Source: Selaginella moellendorffii (lineage: Eukaryota > Plantae > Lycopodiophyta). From it: a stretch of DNA of 64,000 bases. Location: the NCBI RefSeq assembly GCF_000143415.4, contig NW_003314307.1:754859-818858 (forward strand), given 5' to 3'. Below the pieces are notes generated by a model. That model was not told the origin of the DNA, did not search any database, and saw nothing but the letters and a program-made list of their open reading frames with translations. The translations under genes and the position numbers were made by a program. This document shows, in pieces, positions 12,949 to 23,850 of the stretch (position 1 is the stretch's first letter; each line of letters opens with the position of its first letter).

Positions 12949-13293
12949 CTATTCATACCATCCATCAGTTTGAAAATATCTATATCCATTAAAAGTAACT
13001 CCTATAAAATATCTATTATGCAATTTAAAACTACATTCATCATAGAAAAGATGACTATATCCTTTACTTTTAAAAACATTACCATAGCGCCATACAATTG
13101 CATTTCCAAATTTATTGCATCTTTCAACTTCACCTATCATTTGAGGAGCCCAATCATAATCATTAATATAATCTGTTTGATTTGTACTAATTGAGTTATT
13201 CATTTCTTTATATGTATTTAAAGAATGCTCTACAGGAAAATAGCAATTTACATGTGATAAAACTAGAAACAGAGAAATATAAAATGCTGCCAT
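12949..13293 (-). CDS. Small secreted protein (signal peptide, Cys/aromatic-rich); possibly a pseudogene with a premature TAG
   Basis: MAAFYISLFLVLSHVNC looks like a signal peptide. The frame continues past the TAG as QNWAFIGTWKCINNQ. Weak resemblance to S-protein-homologue-type secreted proteins. Confidence 0.35.
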   Translation of the reverse strand: MAAFYISLFLVLSHVNCYFPVEHSLNTYKEMNNSISTNQTDYINDYDWAPQMIGEVERCNKFGNAIVWRYGNVFKSKGYSHLFYDECSFKLHNRYFIGVTFNGYRYFQTDGWYE

Positions 13294-14333
13294 ATTGAAT
13301 AACTGGATAAATATTGTTCTCTTTATATTGCATTTTTATTATTGTTTAATATTAAGCTTCATTATTATTTGTTGACTATAAACATAATTTGGTATGAATA
13401 AGGACAAGGAATGTTTTGTTTGAATTTGATTAAATCTAGGTTATCGGGTTTAGGGCCTTCGTTTCTTTTAAGAAAGAGAATAATGCTGCTACTTTGCTTT
13501 TTTGTGATCATATTCTGGAACTGTGTTCACAAGATGCTGGTGCACTGCTGCATAGGGATCTTGTTGAAACTGTGGATGTGATAAGACAGCTGCCAGCTGC
13601 TTGGTTTCTCTGATTCTGTGTGGTAACGTATCTGATCAGAAATTGAGAAAAGTGCAGAGAAATGACTGCTTACATGAGCTGTTGTCGATGCTTTTGTTTC
13701 ATGTTAGATTTCTTGGTGCAAACTCGGTGCTGGTTTGGAACGTCAGGGAGAAACTCTCCCAGTGAAGATAAATCCTGCAGAGTTGTTCTTGTGTTTCTTC
13801 GTTTTGGCTTTGATTTCTTCTGGAAGTCCGGACTGTTAAAACTTCACACAAGAATGAGCTCGGTACCTTTGCCTTGGCCAACGCAGTCTGTGTCTCTCGC
13901 AATTCTGAAAGAAAAGAGAAGTAAAACAAGCATTTGCAGAAAGAAGTACACTCACTTGCTAGAAACCGCTCTTGTTTCGCCAGTTTCCTCCTGACACTCG
14001 GCTTGATTTCTCTTTCAGCTTCCACATTCCTAAAACAAGAAAAGAAGTAAAGAGTTACAAGATAAACCAGATCACATCCATGCAGTGTCTACTTTGTCTC
14101 GTTCTCTTCTTCGGTTTTCTTTTCCTGAAAATCAAAATCGAAACCGCAAACCCAAAAACACAAAGAAAAACGGACCTGGACTTTTGCGGATTTCTCACGC
14201 ACTTTCTGCCGAATCGTCTTCTTCTTAACCTGCACAAGGGAATAATCGCTGAATGCACACACACGCACAGCGCTTTACCATTTCTTCCCCAAAGCTAAAA
14301 CCCCTGCCCTAGCTCCAAATACCCGGATATTCT

Positions 14334-16979
14334 CTACCACCTTTTGTGCGTTTGGACGTACAAGTTGGACAGCAACAAGTATGGCATCTTGTCTCCGGGC
14401 AGCGAATTCACCGCGAGCTCTGCTGCTCGCTCCCCTCGCTCGCCATCACCTTGCTCCTTGCAGGAATTGAGGAAAATCTTCCACGACGCCGGGACTTCCA
14501 TGACCGGTGGGAGCTTCCGGATGAGCTCCTCGGCCTCACTCAGCCTGCTCGATCGTCCCAGCAAATCAATCATGCACCCAAGATGCGTGGCTGCTCGCCG
14601 GAGACAGTGATCCGTGGCCATGGACACGAACAGCTCGATCGCCTCATCCAGGAACCCTGCATGGCTGCAAGCCGCCATGGTGACGAGAAAGGAGATTCCA
14701 TCGGGCTTGACACCCTCTTGCTGCATCCTCCAGAGAAGCTGGAGCGTTTGTTCTCCATGTCCGTGCTGGGCAAACGCGGCGATCACCGCGTTCCACGAGA
14801 CAAAGTCTCGGCGGTTTCTCATCGACTGGAAGATCTTCCAGGCGAGCTCCAAGCCGCCGCATTTGCCATACATGTTGACGAGCGCCGTCTCGGTGACGAG
14901 ATCGGGCGTGATTCCACTCGCTTTCATGCTCTCGTGGATTGCTTTGCCGGAAGTGAGAGCTGAGAGGTTCGAGCAAGCGTCGAGAACATTTGCGTAGGAG
15001 ATGTTGTTCGGCCTCACGCCTTGGAGCTGCATCCCATGGAATGTTTTCACGCAATCACTGTCAAGACCCAACTGGGCGTAGATTCCCATCAAGGTGTTGA
15101 AAGAAACCACGTCTTTGTTCTTCATTCTCTCGAACAGGCACTTCGCGGCGTCCAGGTCGCGTGACTTTGCGTAGACGTTGAGGAGAGAGTTTCCAATCTG
15201 GATATCAAAGTCCCCGTAGGAAAATCCCTCGCCGAGCTCCTCTGCGAGAGCTAGAGTTTGGGAGGTTTCTCCACAGGCATCCAAAACCCGAGCAATGGTG
15301 AGGCCGTCGACTTTCTCTCCTTCCAAGTCCATGCAAAGAAAGAGATGGATCGCGTCCAGAGCCCGTCCATTGTGAGCGTAGGACGAGAGCATCGCGTTCC
15401 AGGCCACCGAGTCTTTGGCTTTCATCGAATCAAAGAGGTTCCGAGCTTGCTGGAGCTGGCCACACTTACCGTACATGTTGATCAGCGCTGTCCTGAGGAA
15501 CAACTCGTGCTCGAGGCCAAGCTCCACAATGCAGGCGTGGACGATCTCCCCGAGCTTGAGATTCGAGAGAGTTACGCAAGAATCCAAGGTCGAGATGAGT
15601 GTCAGCTTGTCCGATTTCACTCCCTCGAGTTGCATCTGAATGAATACTCTGGCAGCCGAGCGATCGTCGTCGCAGCAAGAGAAAGAAGACAGCAGCCCAT
15701 TCCAGAGAAGCGCACTGTAGCCACCGGAAGAGAAAGAGACTTGATCGAAAACTTGTCTCACTTCGTCCAGGCTTCCACAGGCCCTGTAAGCGTTCATGAG
15801 AGCTCTCCCCAAGACCTCGTCGATCTCCAGGCCACTATCTCTCACGGCTTCGTGGATCACTCTCGTCTGATCCAGCTTCCAGCAAGCATCTAGCGTCGTC
15901 ACAAAGGTCACCTTCGTCGCTCCAACGCCCTCTAGATCCATCAACTTAAAGAGCTCCAGAGCCTCGACGTTGTGGTTGTGGAGGACGTAACCAGCGATCA
16001 TGGTGTTCCAGGACACTGCGTCTCTGTCCGGCATTCCCTCGAAGAAATCCCTCCCAAGCTCGACTTTTCCACACTTTCCATACATGTTGACAAGAGTGTT
16101 GCCGACGACTCGATTGGATTCCAATCCCTGGCTGGATGCTTGCCTATGAGCGAGAACTCCTTCGTCAAGAGCGGCTAAGTTGGCACAAGCATCGATGAAG
16201 GTCACGAAGCTTACCTTGTCCGGTTTGAATCCCTCGAGCAGCATCGTCTTCCAGAGGACAACGATGGCCTCGCCACGCTCGTTGTGGACGAGCGCGGAGA
16301 TCATCACATTCCAGGAGATCAAGTTCTTATCCCAGATGGAATCAAACACAGACTGTGCATCATCGATGCTTCCACACTTTCCATACATGTTTACCAGATT
16401 GTTTTTCACCATGGAATCGACCAGGAATCCATGGCTGGCGATGGCGCTGTGGAGAGCGCGGCCCTCCCGCAGCGACTTTTGATTCGTGCATGCCTCGAGG
16501 GCGGCCGAGATGGTGATCGTGTCGGCCGTGACGCCTTCTAGATCCATAGAGCGAAAGAAATGTAATGCCTCATCACAATGCCCATTATGGGCATTTGCTG
16601 TAATAAGCACTGTCCAAGAGATAGTGTTCGGACTTGCAATATTTTTGAAGACCCTGAGCGCTTCTTGCAGCTCCCCGCACTTGCCATAGAATACGATGAG
16701 GAGGTTTGCCAGCAGCCTGTCGTGGATCCATCCGAATTTCTCCAGGAACGCATGGATTGCTTTGCCTCGATCGAGGGCCTTGTGCGCAGCGCAGCGCCGG
16801 AGGAGGTCGGCCAATGTCGAGGCTGTGAGATTTGCACACCCAATGCCGTCGACCAGTTCGTCTTCTTTGCACTGATTTCTTGAGCCTGATTCCTTTGGTC
16901 TTGTCACAAGAATTGTAGAGATCGATCGAGAAGCCTTTTTTGGTGCTACTACTACATTGATCCATCTCCCTTGAAGCAT
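14334..16979 (-). CDS. Pentatricopeptide repeat protein, PLS class with C-terminal E domain (organellar RNA-editing-type factor), single exon, 881 aa
   Basis: Repeated LVNMYGKCG / DxVSWNxMI / GxxPDxxTF motifs. Terminal CMIDLLGRS...W...C...A.RAAE...PYLLLSNLY (E domain). No DYW domain. Confidence 0.95.
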   Translation of the reverse strand: MLQGRWINVVVAPKKASRSISTILVTRPKESGSRNQCKEDELVDGIGCANLTASTLADLLRRCAAHKALDRGKAIHAFLEKFGWIHDRLLANLLIVFYGKCGELQEALRVFKNIASPNTISWTVLITANAHNGHCDEALHFFRSMDLEGVTADTITISAALEACTNQKSLREGRALHSAIASHGFLVDSMVKNNLVNMYGKCGSIDDAQSVFDSIWDKNLISWNVMISALVHNERGEAIVVLWKTMLLEGFKPDKVSFVTFIDACANLAALDEGVLAHRQASSQGLESNRVVGNTLVNMYGKCGKVELGRDFFEGMPDRDAVSWNTMIAGYVLHNHNVEALELFKLMDLEGVGATKVTFVTTLDACWKLDQTRVIHEAVRDSGLEIDEVLGRALMNAYRACGSLDEVRQVFDQVSFSSGGYSALLWNGLLSSFSCCDDDRSAARVFIQMQLEGVKSDKLTLISTLDSCVTLSNLKLGEIVHACIVELGLEHELFLRTALINMYGKCGQLQQARNLFDSMKAKDSVAWNAMLSSYAHNGRALDAIHLFLCMDLEGEKVDGLTIARVLDACGETSQTLALAEELGEGFSYGDFDIQIGNSLLNVYAKSRDLDAAKCLFERMKNKDVVSFNTLMGIYAQLGLDSDCVKTFHGMQLQGVRPNNISYANVLDACSNLSALTSGKAIHESMKASGITPDLVTETALVNMYGKCGGLELAWKIFQSMRNRRDFVSWNAVIAAFAQHGHGEQTLQLLWRMQQEGVKPDGISFLVTMAACSHAGFLDEAIELFVSMATDHCLRRAATHLGCMIDLLGRSSRLSEAEELIRKLPPVMEVPASWKIFLNSCKEQGDGERGERAAELAVNSLPGDKMPYLLLSNLYVQTHKRW

Positions 16980-17299
16980 GAGCCATGCAAAGTTAGATCT
17001 TAGCTACATGCTTCTTTCGATGCAATCTTGAAGCCATGCATGCCTTTTGACCTTGCCGGTCTAATCGTTCTTGGAACCACCATGGTTGTAGCAAGTGCTG
17101 TAATGTTTTTGGCATATCCATATTATGGTGGATTGCAAGATAAGTTAAAGCTTGGATTTCCCTCCTCCTCTACAGTGCATTCCATCAATGGGCATTTGCT
17201 CTTAGCAAACACTACAACATGGCCCAAAAACCCTAAAACTTTGATTTTGGCGCGAAAAGTTTAGGGCTCTTGAGCAGATTGGTAGGTCTAGGTTTCGTG

Positions 17300-18330
17300 A
17301 CACAGCGCTGCCGGTGGTGCAATGCGAGAGGAAGAATGCGCACGGCCCGGCCAGGAAGCAGCTCCACAAGCAGTGGGATCGGCAGTGGCGGGGCAATTCC
17401 AAGCAAGTCTCTCGCCAGTGGAATCAACAGGTGCGTGATGTAACGACATTGCCCGATGTGCTTTTAGCTGAGGAGTCGGTCAGGTAACGTCGGCGCAGGC
17501 GAATTTCATGACTGCCGTGGTGGAACGAGCTGGAGCGCTCGACGATGGCTTGCAAGAGGATGGCTTTAGAGCAGAGGGATGAAGCTTCTTTGCGTGGTGA
17601 GAGCGCTTCTCAAGAAGATCAGGAGAAGAGTCATGGTCGGTGATATTGGACAGACAAACGTGGGATGATTGAAGATGTTCTACCACAGAGCCGATCGGAG
17701 ACTTCAGATCCAGCAGTGGCCAATGTCGATTTGTTACTGGTGTTGTTCTCACTCGATAGGCCGCGCTTGGATCCTGTGATACTGAATAATAGTCCTGGAA
17801 TACCTCTAGCAGTGGTGCTCAACAAGGCGGATCGTGTTACTCAGGAGGTACCCGTTTTGTTTCTTTCTTTTCGCTTTTGCAAAGCTGACAGAAGGATCAT
17901 TTTTAGTTTTCAGATGAAAGATAGTGGCTGATGGAGTCGGGATATAAACCATACATATGCAGTGAAGAGTTTGGTATGGGGCTTCATGGCATGGCTGCTC
18001 TCCTCGAAGATAAAACATCAGTCGTTTTTGGCCCAAGTCGTGTCAGAATTCGAGCTTGATAAACTTTCTACACGGAAGTCTTGCCTTCCACCCGATGACA
18101 TCCAGGTCTGCATACCTTCGAAGTTCGTCTAGAACTAACTTCAATTGTCGTGTGTAGAGGCACTAGACGAAGTCGACGATCAAGTCATTCACATAAATGA
18201 GGTGTGGTATCGGACTGGATCGGCACGTTCCTCTCTTGCATCTGCCATTAGAGGGGCTATGCTCGCTGATACTCCAGGTTTCAGAGACAAGTAGCTCATT
18301 AGCATTGCTTTTCCCCGAGGTATGTTTTGT
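17300..18330 (+). pseudogene. RsgA/EngC-type circularly permuted ribosome biogenesis GTPase pseudogene
   Basis: QVTSAQANFM (OB-fold start), GMIEDVLP...DPAVANVDLLLVLFS, G4 motif VVLNKAD, a decayed P-loop (VFGPS...SSLIN) and G3 motif LADTPGF (~18262-18282). Stops and deletions are present. Confidence 0.8.
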
Positions 18331-21300
18331 CAGCTTCTGATCGCGATGCAAGTAGGTACGGGCACAGAGCGAGGGATTTGCAGATTGCCAGCATATATCG
18401 GAACCGGACTGTGGTGGGTGGTGACTGGGAAAGATATCCATACTACGTTTCATTGTGGAATGAAGTTCATAAACGAGAAGAACACGTCTTTGGCACAAAG
18501 CAAGAAAATGACATGAGGTAAACTTGTTTTCGATGGTTTTTGAACTCTGTAATTTGTCTGGTTGGAGGTTCAAGGTATAAGCTATTGCTTTTCAGGGCGG
18601 AGTATGCACATGACCAATGGCGAACTAGGCCACACCAGCACCAGAGAGCCCAGGTCGAAGCTATTCTTTGCTGCATTTCCAAGATTGCTAAGCTTTTATT
18701 CTTTCAGGGCCGAGCACTCAGCGAGCTTATAGCCAGGTCGAAGCTTATTCTATACTGCTTTTCTTAGATTCGTAAGCATTTTTTTCTTTCATGGCCGAGC
18801 ATGGACGTGAGCCATGGCGAGACGAGGACCAGCCAGCTTATGCACCAAGGTCGAAGCTTATCGAAGCTTACATTCTCTGTACCTCTTTGGAGCTATGCAC
18901 GTGGGAATGGTACTTTCATGTGTTTTTCTTCCTGGAAGACTGGTTTTTTCTTTTTTTCTTTTTTTGTTCTAGATTGCATGAGGGAAGAACACCTGGAACT
19001 TTGATTGACACCACTGGAGTCTAGAGCAGTGGCAAGACATTCTCTTGTGACTACTCTCGTCAGGCTGCTGCTTTACCAGTGGCTAAAGTTAACAAGAGCA
19101 TCGATCTCTAGACATGGTTGCGAGTTCCTCCTTTTGAGATCGGGCTGGCATAACTAGAAGGCAATGTTCCTTTGCACGAAATCTTGCATGTAACGGAGCA
19201 GTTTTAATTCATTTTCCATACAAATAATCAGATAAATGCCAAGGGCATTTAGCAAGAAGAAGAGTGAAAAGAACGAAAGATTGACACCACTGGATTCAGC
19301 ACTTAGGCTGTCAAAAGACGGGGGCTATGCAGCACACAAGCCTTGTCCTTTGGAGAATCAAGCTATGAAGTCTCTTCTCTATAAAACTCTCCAAAAACAC
19401 TAAAAGAATTCTGGTGGTTATCCCATAGAAGTGTTTCCCTTTGAAACTCTAGAATCAAAGTTAGTGAACTGTGATAGTTCTAGCAGTTTCTCCTCAATGC
19501 AAACATGGCCATGATGATCTCTCTGAGCAGCATTTTTAAAATTGTCACTGCATCAATGATGGAACAACTACTCTGTTGTGTCTCTGCCAACTGCTGAGTT
19601 GTTGTTGAGTGTCCCTTAAACTTCCAACTCCAAGCTTGCAAAACCTTAACACTCTCGAAAAAATAACATACTCTATCCTTTGTTGGCTAGTAAAGAACTA
19701 AAACTTGATCTCATTCAATCTTGTGGTAAACAAAATAAAATAATTAATATATTTTGTTATTCTAGATTAAAGACATATTACATAATTAATAATAATAAAT
19801 AAATAAGAAAACTAAATGTCATTGTTAGTGTAACAAATTATTTTTACTTGAAGTTATAAGTAATCAATATTTGTGACTACAAAAGTTAATATATAAAATT
19901 TTTTTATAACTATGCAACAATGATACACAAAAGTGATAAAATAAATAACTTAAAACCACTTCAAAACTACTTTCTTAACTAGTTATGTGTTTTTAAAATA
20001 AAACTAGCTGCAAAATTTTTATTTTTTACTGAAAAGTAGTTAATTTTCATAAATATAATTTATTTTATTTTATATAAATGGTCTTCTTTATATACTACCA
20101 CGCGGTTTTGCCAGACTACCCACCACATGGCATGCATGCACGTTGCTAAATAATAAATTTTGATTGTCATCCAAAATTTAAAAAATGCAAGCATGAAATG
20201 ACAAAGTAAAATTTTTTTCTTTCAAATTTATATGTAATAAATCTATTTTGCTAAACAAAATCTTTAATCTTATGGGAAAGATATTGAAAAGAACAAGTAA
20301 AACATCTGAATAGTGATTTTGAAAAATTAAAAAGAAGATCAATTAATAATTTTACTTTGAGTTTTGCTTCTTTTTATAGTAATAAAATGAGAGTGTTGTA
20401 AATTATATTATTTAGTTAAAGTATCATTAGAACATTCTTTGTTCAACATTTTACAAAAGTTTAAAAAACCATTAATATTTATATTTATTCAACATTTCAA
20501 GCTAATAATTCAGCATATGGTTGCCAAGTGGCATTATATTGAATATACTAGCAATTTATAACATTCTATAATGGAAGTGTACTTTTTAACAATAGTCATT
20601 TATACATCAATTGACTAGGTCTACACAACATTTTAAGTGTCTTGTAAAAATTGTCATTTCCATTAATTGTAATAACTTATCTACTCAACATAGTAATTGT
20701 TTCTCATTGTTATATTTAAATTCTAGTAACATCTTTAAAGAAGTATATCACCAACTTTGGAGGCTAAATAGAAATTTATTATAATAAATAATTGAGATAT
20801 AGCACATTTTCATTTTATAGTGAATTCTCTTTAAGTCTTCTTTTCTTTGTTTTTTTGTTATCTTTAGTTTTTCTTCTTTTATATTTCTTCTTTCTTTTAT
20901 AGGTTGTATAGCTTTGCTTGAGTAAATATTTAACTAAGTTTTTAGTCTTAAAAATTATATTTTACCTTAATTAAAGTTTTCTCTCATATCATTTTGTTTG
21001 CCACCAATTTCTAAAAAAATCTCCATCATATTTTTGCTATTTACAAAAAGTTGCAAAGATCCTTTGACACAACAATTTTATAAGCCATTCTTCTTTACTC
21101 CACTTTCACTTCTCATCACATTTATCTTTTTAATCACTTTTTGTACTTCACTTTATTTTTGAGTAAGTTTTTGTTTGATGCAAGACAATTTTTGGGATAT
21201 GTAAAAGCTTTGGAGTTGATCATTTCACTTTCAACTTTTAAACTTTTTATTCTCTTTCTGTCTTCTCTTTTTCTCTTCTCTTTCCCTTTTTTAATTTTCC

Positions 21301-21999
21301 CATTAAATTTCCCTTTATTTTCCATTTTTTTTTCTTTCTCTTTATGCATCTAGTTATTCCCATGAGATCGATCCATATATCTCTTCACTTTTATACAAAG
21401 AAGGATGGATATTAAATAGATGTGTCTTACTCTTTTTGGCAGAATTACCATCCTCAAGCAGTCTTTTCTTATAAACTTAGATGACATTAATATGATTCTT
21501 ATCATATTGTATATATTAAATTTCAAGTGTAGCCCTTGATATGTGAAGCTAAATTATATTTTTGAAAAGTATTTTATGCAATAAAGAAAATAAACTCTAT
21601 TTGATGTATATGAAAGAAAGATTTTGAAACACTACTGAAATAAGCACTAAGAAATTCGAAGGCATGTTTCTAGCTAGGTTATCTAACCATGAAAGCTTAG
21701 CATTTCTTGTTAAAAAGAAAGGAGGATCAATGCAGATCATTAAAAAAAGAAGGTTATAAAAATATGCTTATAAAAAACTAAGAAATATTAGAAGCATAGT
21801 ACTAACTTATTAATTGTTAATTATAAAAAATATTTTTTAAAATTTTATTCTTATCAATTTCATGTGTGCAATCCAAAAAAAAATCCATCAAAAACCAATA
21901 ACAAAATGTGTCAGATTCCCGAAGGGTTTCACTCTTAGGTGTTTTGGAAAACATGTATAACACCAAATTACAGTCATTTTCTAAAGAAAGATATGTGTT

Positions 22000-22749
22000 T
22001 GTTAAACAATTTAAATGAGGCCTACAATATTTATTAGGTGACCAGACTACTACCTTATATTCATTATATATACTAAATTTCCATCATATTGAAGTTTAAG
22101 ATAGCAATTTTTGTAATTTTTTTTGATTGACCATTTATCTATATTTCCCACATAAAGCGCTAACCTACAATTATAATGTCAATAAAGATACGTTTTTTTT
22201 ATTTGGAGAAGTTATGAAATTCATGGGTATGAGAATATCAAAAACTGTAGAACCAATTAAAGTATAGAGATAAATCTGACAATCATTAAAACTATATGTA
22301 TTTATTCTTGATCTATATCCTCTAGATCTTTCATTTGGAGGTATATTTCGAATAAAATAATAAATACCATACATCTCTATGTTAATCTAGAACCAAGATC
22401 TATAAGATTGGGTTGATAATCCATTAGTATACTAGCTAATTCTACTCTAATTCTTTCAGTGCTTTGAACTTGTCCTAAATTTGGTGAGCATATAAAACTA
22501 CTTACCAGGACTAAATATCCAAATTTGTGTATATTCTGGATTATAAATAGCTATATCATTTCTTATACCTTGTCCCGATGGTATTCCAGAATTACGTGGA
22601 ATTCGATTGACCATCAAGAGTAAGTGTGAGATAATGTTATTTGTAGTATTTGCTCCTACAAGATTCAAATCCTGTTCTCCGGAGTGAAGTTCATCAGCCT
22701 CAAGAAAATTGTTGAGAAGCAAAATAAATAAAATAATTACAAACACCAT
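22000..22749 (-). pseudogene. AT-rich secreted-protein-like ORF fragments of unknown family
   Basis: The ORF at 22749 starts with hydrophobic MVFVIILFILLLNNFLEA. A second fragment lies at 22171-22374. No recognised domain. Confidence 0.3.
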
Positions 22750-22872
22750 TAATCTTTATTTTGTAGACAACTTCCAAATATTTTTAATTGGCTAAAATTT
22801 AAATGAAGAGAATTGTTCTCTTAATCTACGCAAGCCTAGTGCCTATTCCAGTATTCCTAGAAACTACTATTG

Positions 22873-23850
22873 CTAGAAACATACAGCTTTAGAGTGAGCA
22901 AGAAGCCTTCTCTCGTGCCTCCTTGAGGCTCTCGGATCCTTGTCCACAGCCTTCTGCAGCCAGACACACGCCTCCTTGTACTCCCCCAGGCCCATCAGCC
23001 CGCGGCCCTTGCGATACAAGCTCTTGACGTGCTCCACGTCGATCACCAGCGCAGCATCCGCGTCAGCCACAGCCTTGCCAAACTCCGCCATCCTCAGGTA
23101 CACCTCAGCGCGGTTGGACAGCGAAAGCAGCAGCACCTCAAGGACGCTCGCCACCCGGGTATTCGACGTCAGCATGTCGAGGCAGCCGTTGATACACGCC
23201 GTGTAGCAATCCACGGCGTCGGCGTAGGCCTTGGAGTTCCCCTACAGCCGGAACGCCACCGCCATGGACACGTCATTGACTCGTACGATGAGGTCCGGGT
23301 TGTCCACGCGGATGCAAATGGAGCCGTCCATGGCGGTCTTGAAGTAAGGGTCCTTGATCGCCACCTTTGTGCCGCTTGGGTAGTGACACTCCAAGGAGAG
23401 CCTCGCATGGCCGGCTTGATCCTCCAGAACCGTGATCACGGAGGTGGCGCGGAATGGCTCACCGATGAGGGTGGCGAAGAGGACGCGGTTGCAGTGGACG
23501 CGCTCGAGCTGGAGATCCTGGAGCAACTTGGAGAGTGCCAGGAACTCGGGATCGCCCAGGGAGGCGGCGTGGGGATTGGACTCACCGCGGAAGTTGAGCG
23601 ACGTCTTGTACAGCCCGGTGTTGTCGAACATCCGCTTCCGGGCCACGCCAGCGTTGTGGCGGCGCAGGACATCGGGCTTGGAGAAGTGTGGCAGCGGCAG
23701 TGGCTGGGGCGGCGACGCCACCCTCACGCCGCTCAGCCGCTTCACCAGATCCTCCATGCTCGGCGAGTGAGAAGCGCTACCGCCACCATTCTCACCACAC
23801 CTCTGCCTGCTAACAACGGAGAACCCTAGAAAAAATGCGAGAATATTCAA
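22873..23850 (-). pseudogene. TPR-repeat protein with N-terminal beta-rich domain (TPR-SET-like family), in-frame TAG and truncated C-terminus
   Basis: Two ORFs in the same frame are separated by a single TAG at 23242-23244. TPR motifs GN...YADAVDCY, SNRAEVYL...AVADADAAL and KSLYRKGRGLMGLGEY. N-terminal domain LEDQAG...VAIKDPYFK...IRVDNPD. Confidence 0.75.

Noticed and set aside
13450-14300. Spliced minus-strand gene downstream of the PPR; similarly 23870-24500
   Set aside because: Splice-like signals are present, but no consistent reading frame or recognisable domain could be assembled.
19720-21900. Lys-rich decayed transposase (pogo-like with PHD finger) in the AT-rich block
   Set aside because: The region is probably TE-derived, but no diagnostic motif or terminus could be identified with confidence.
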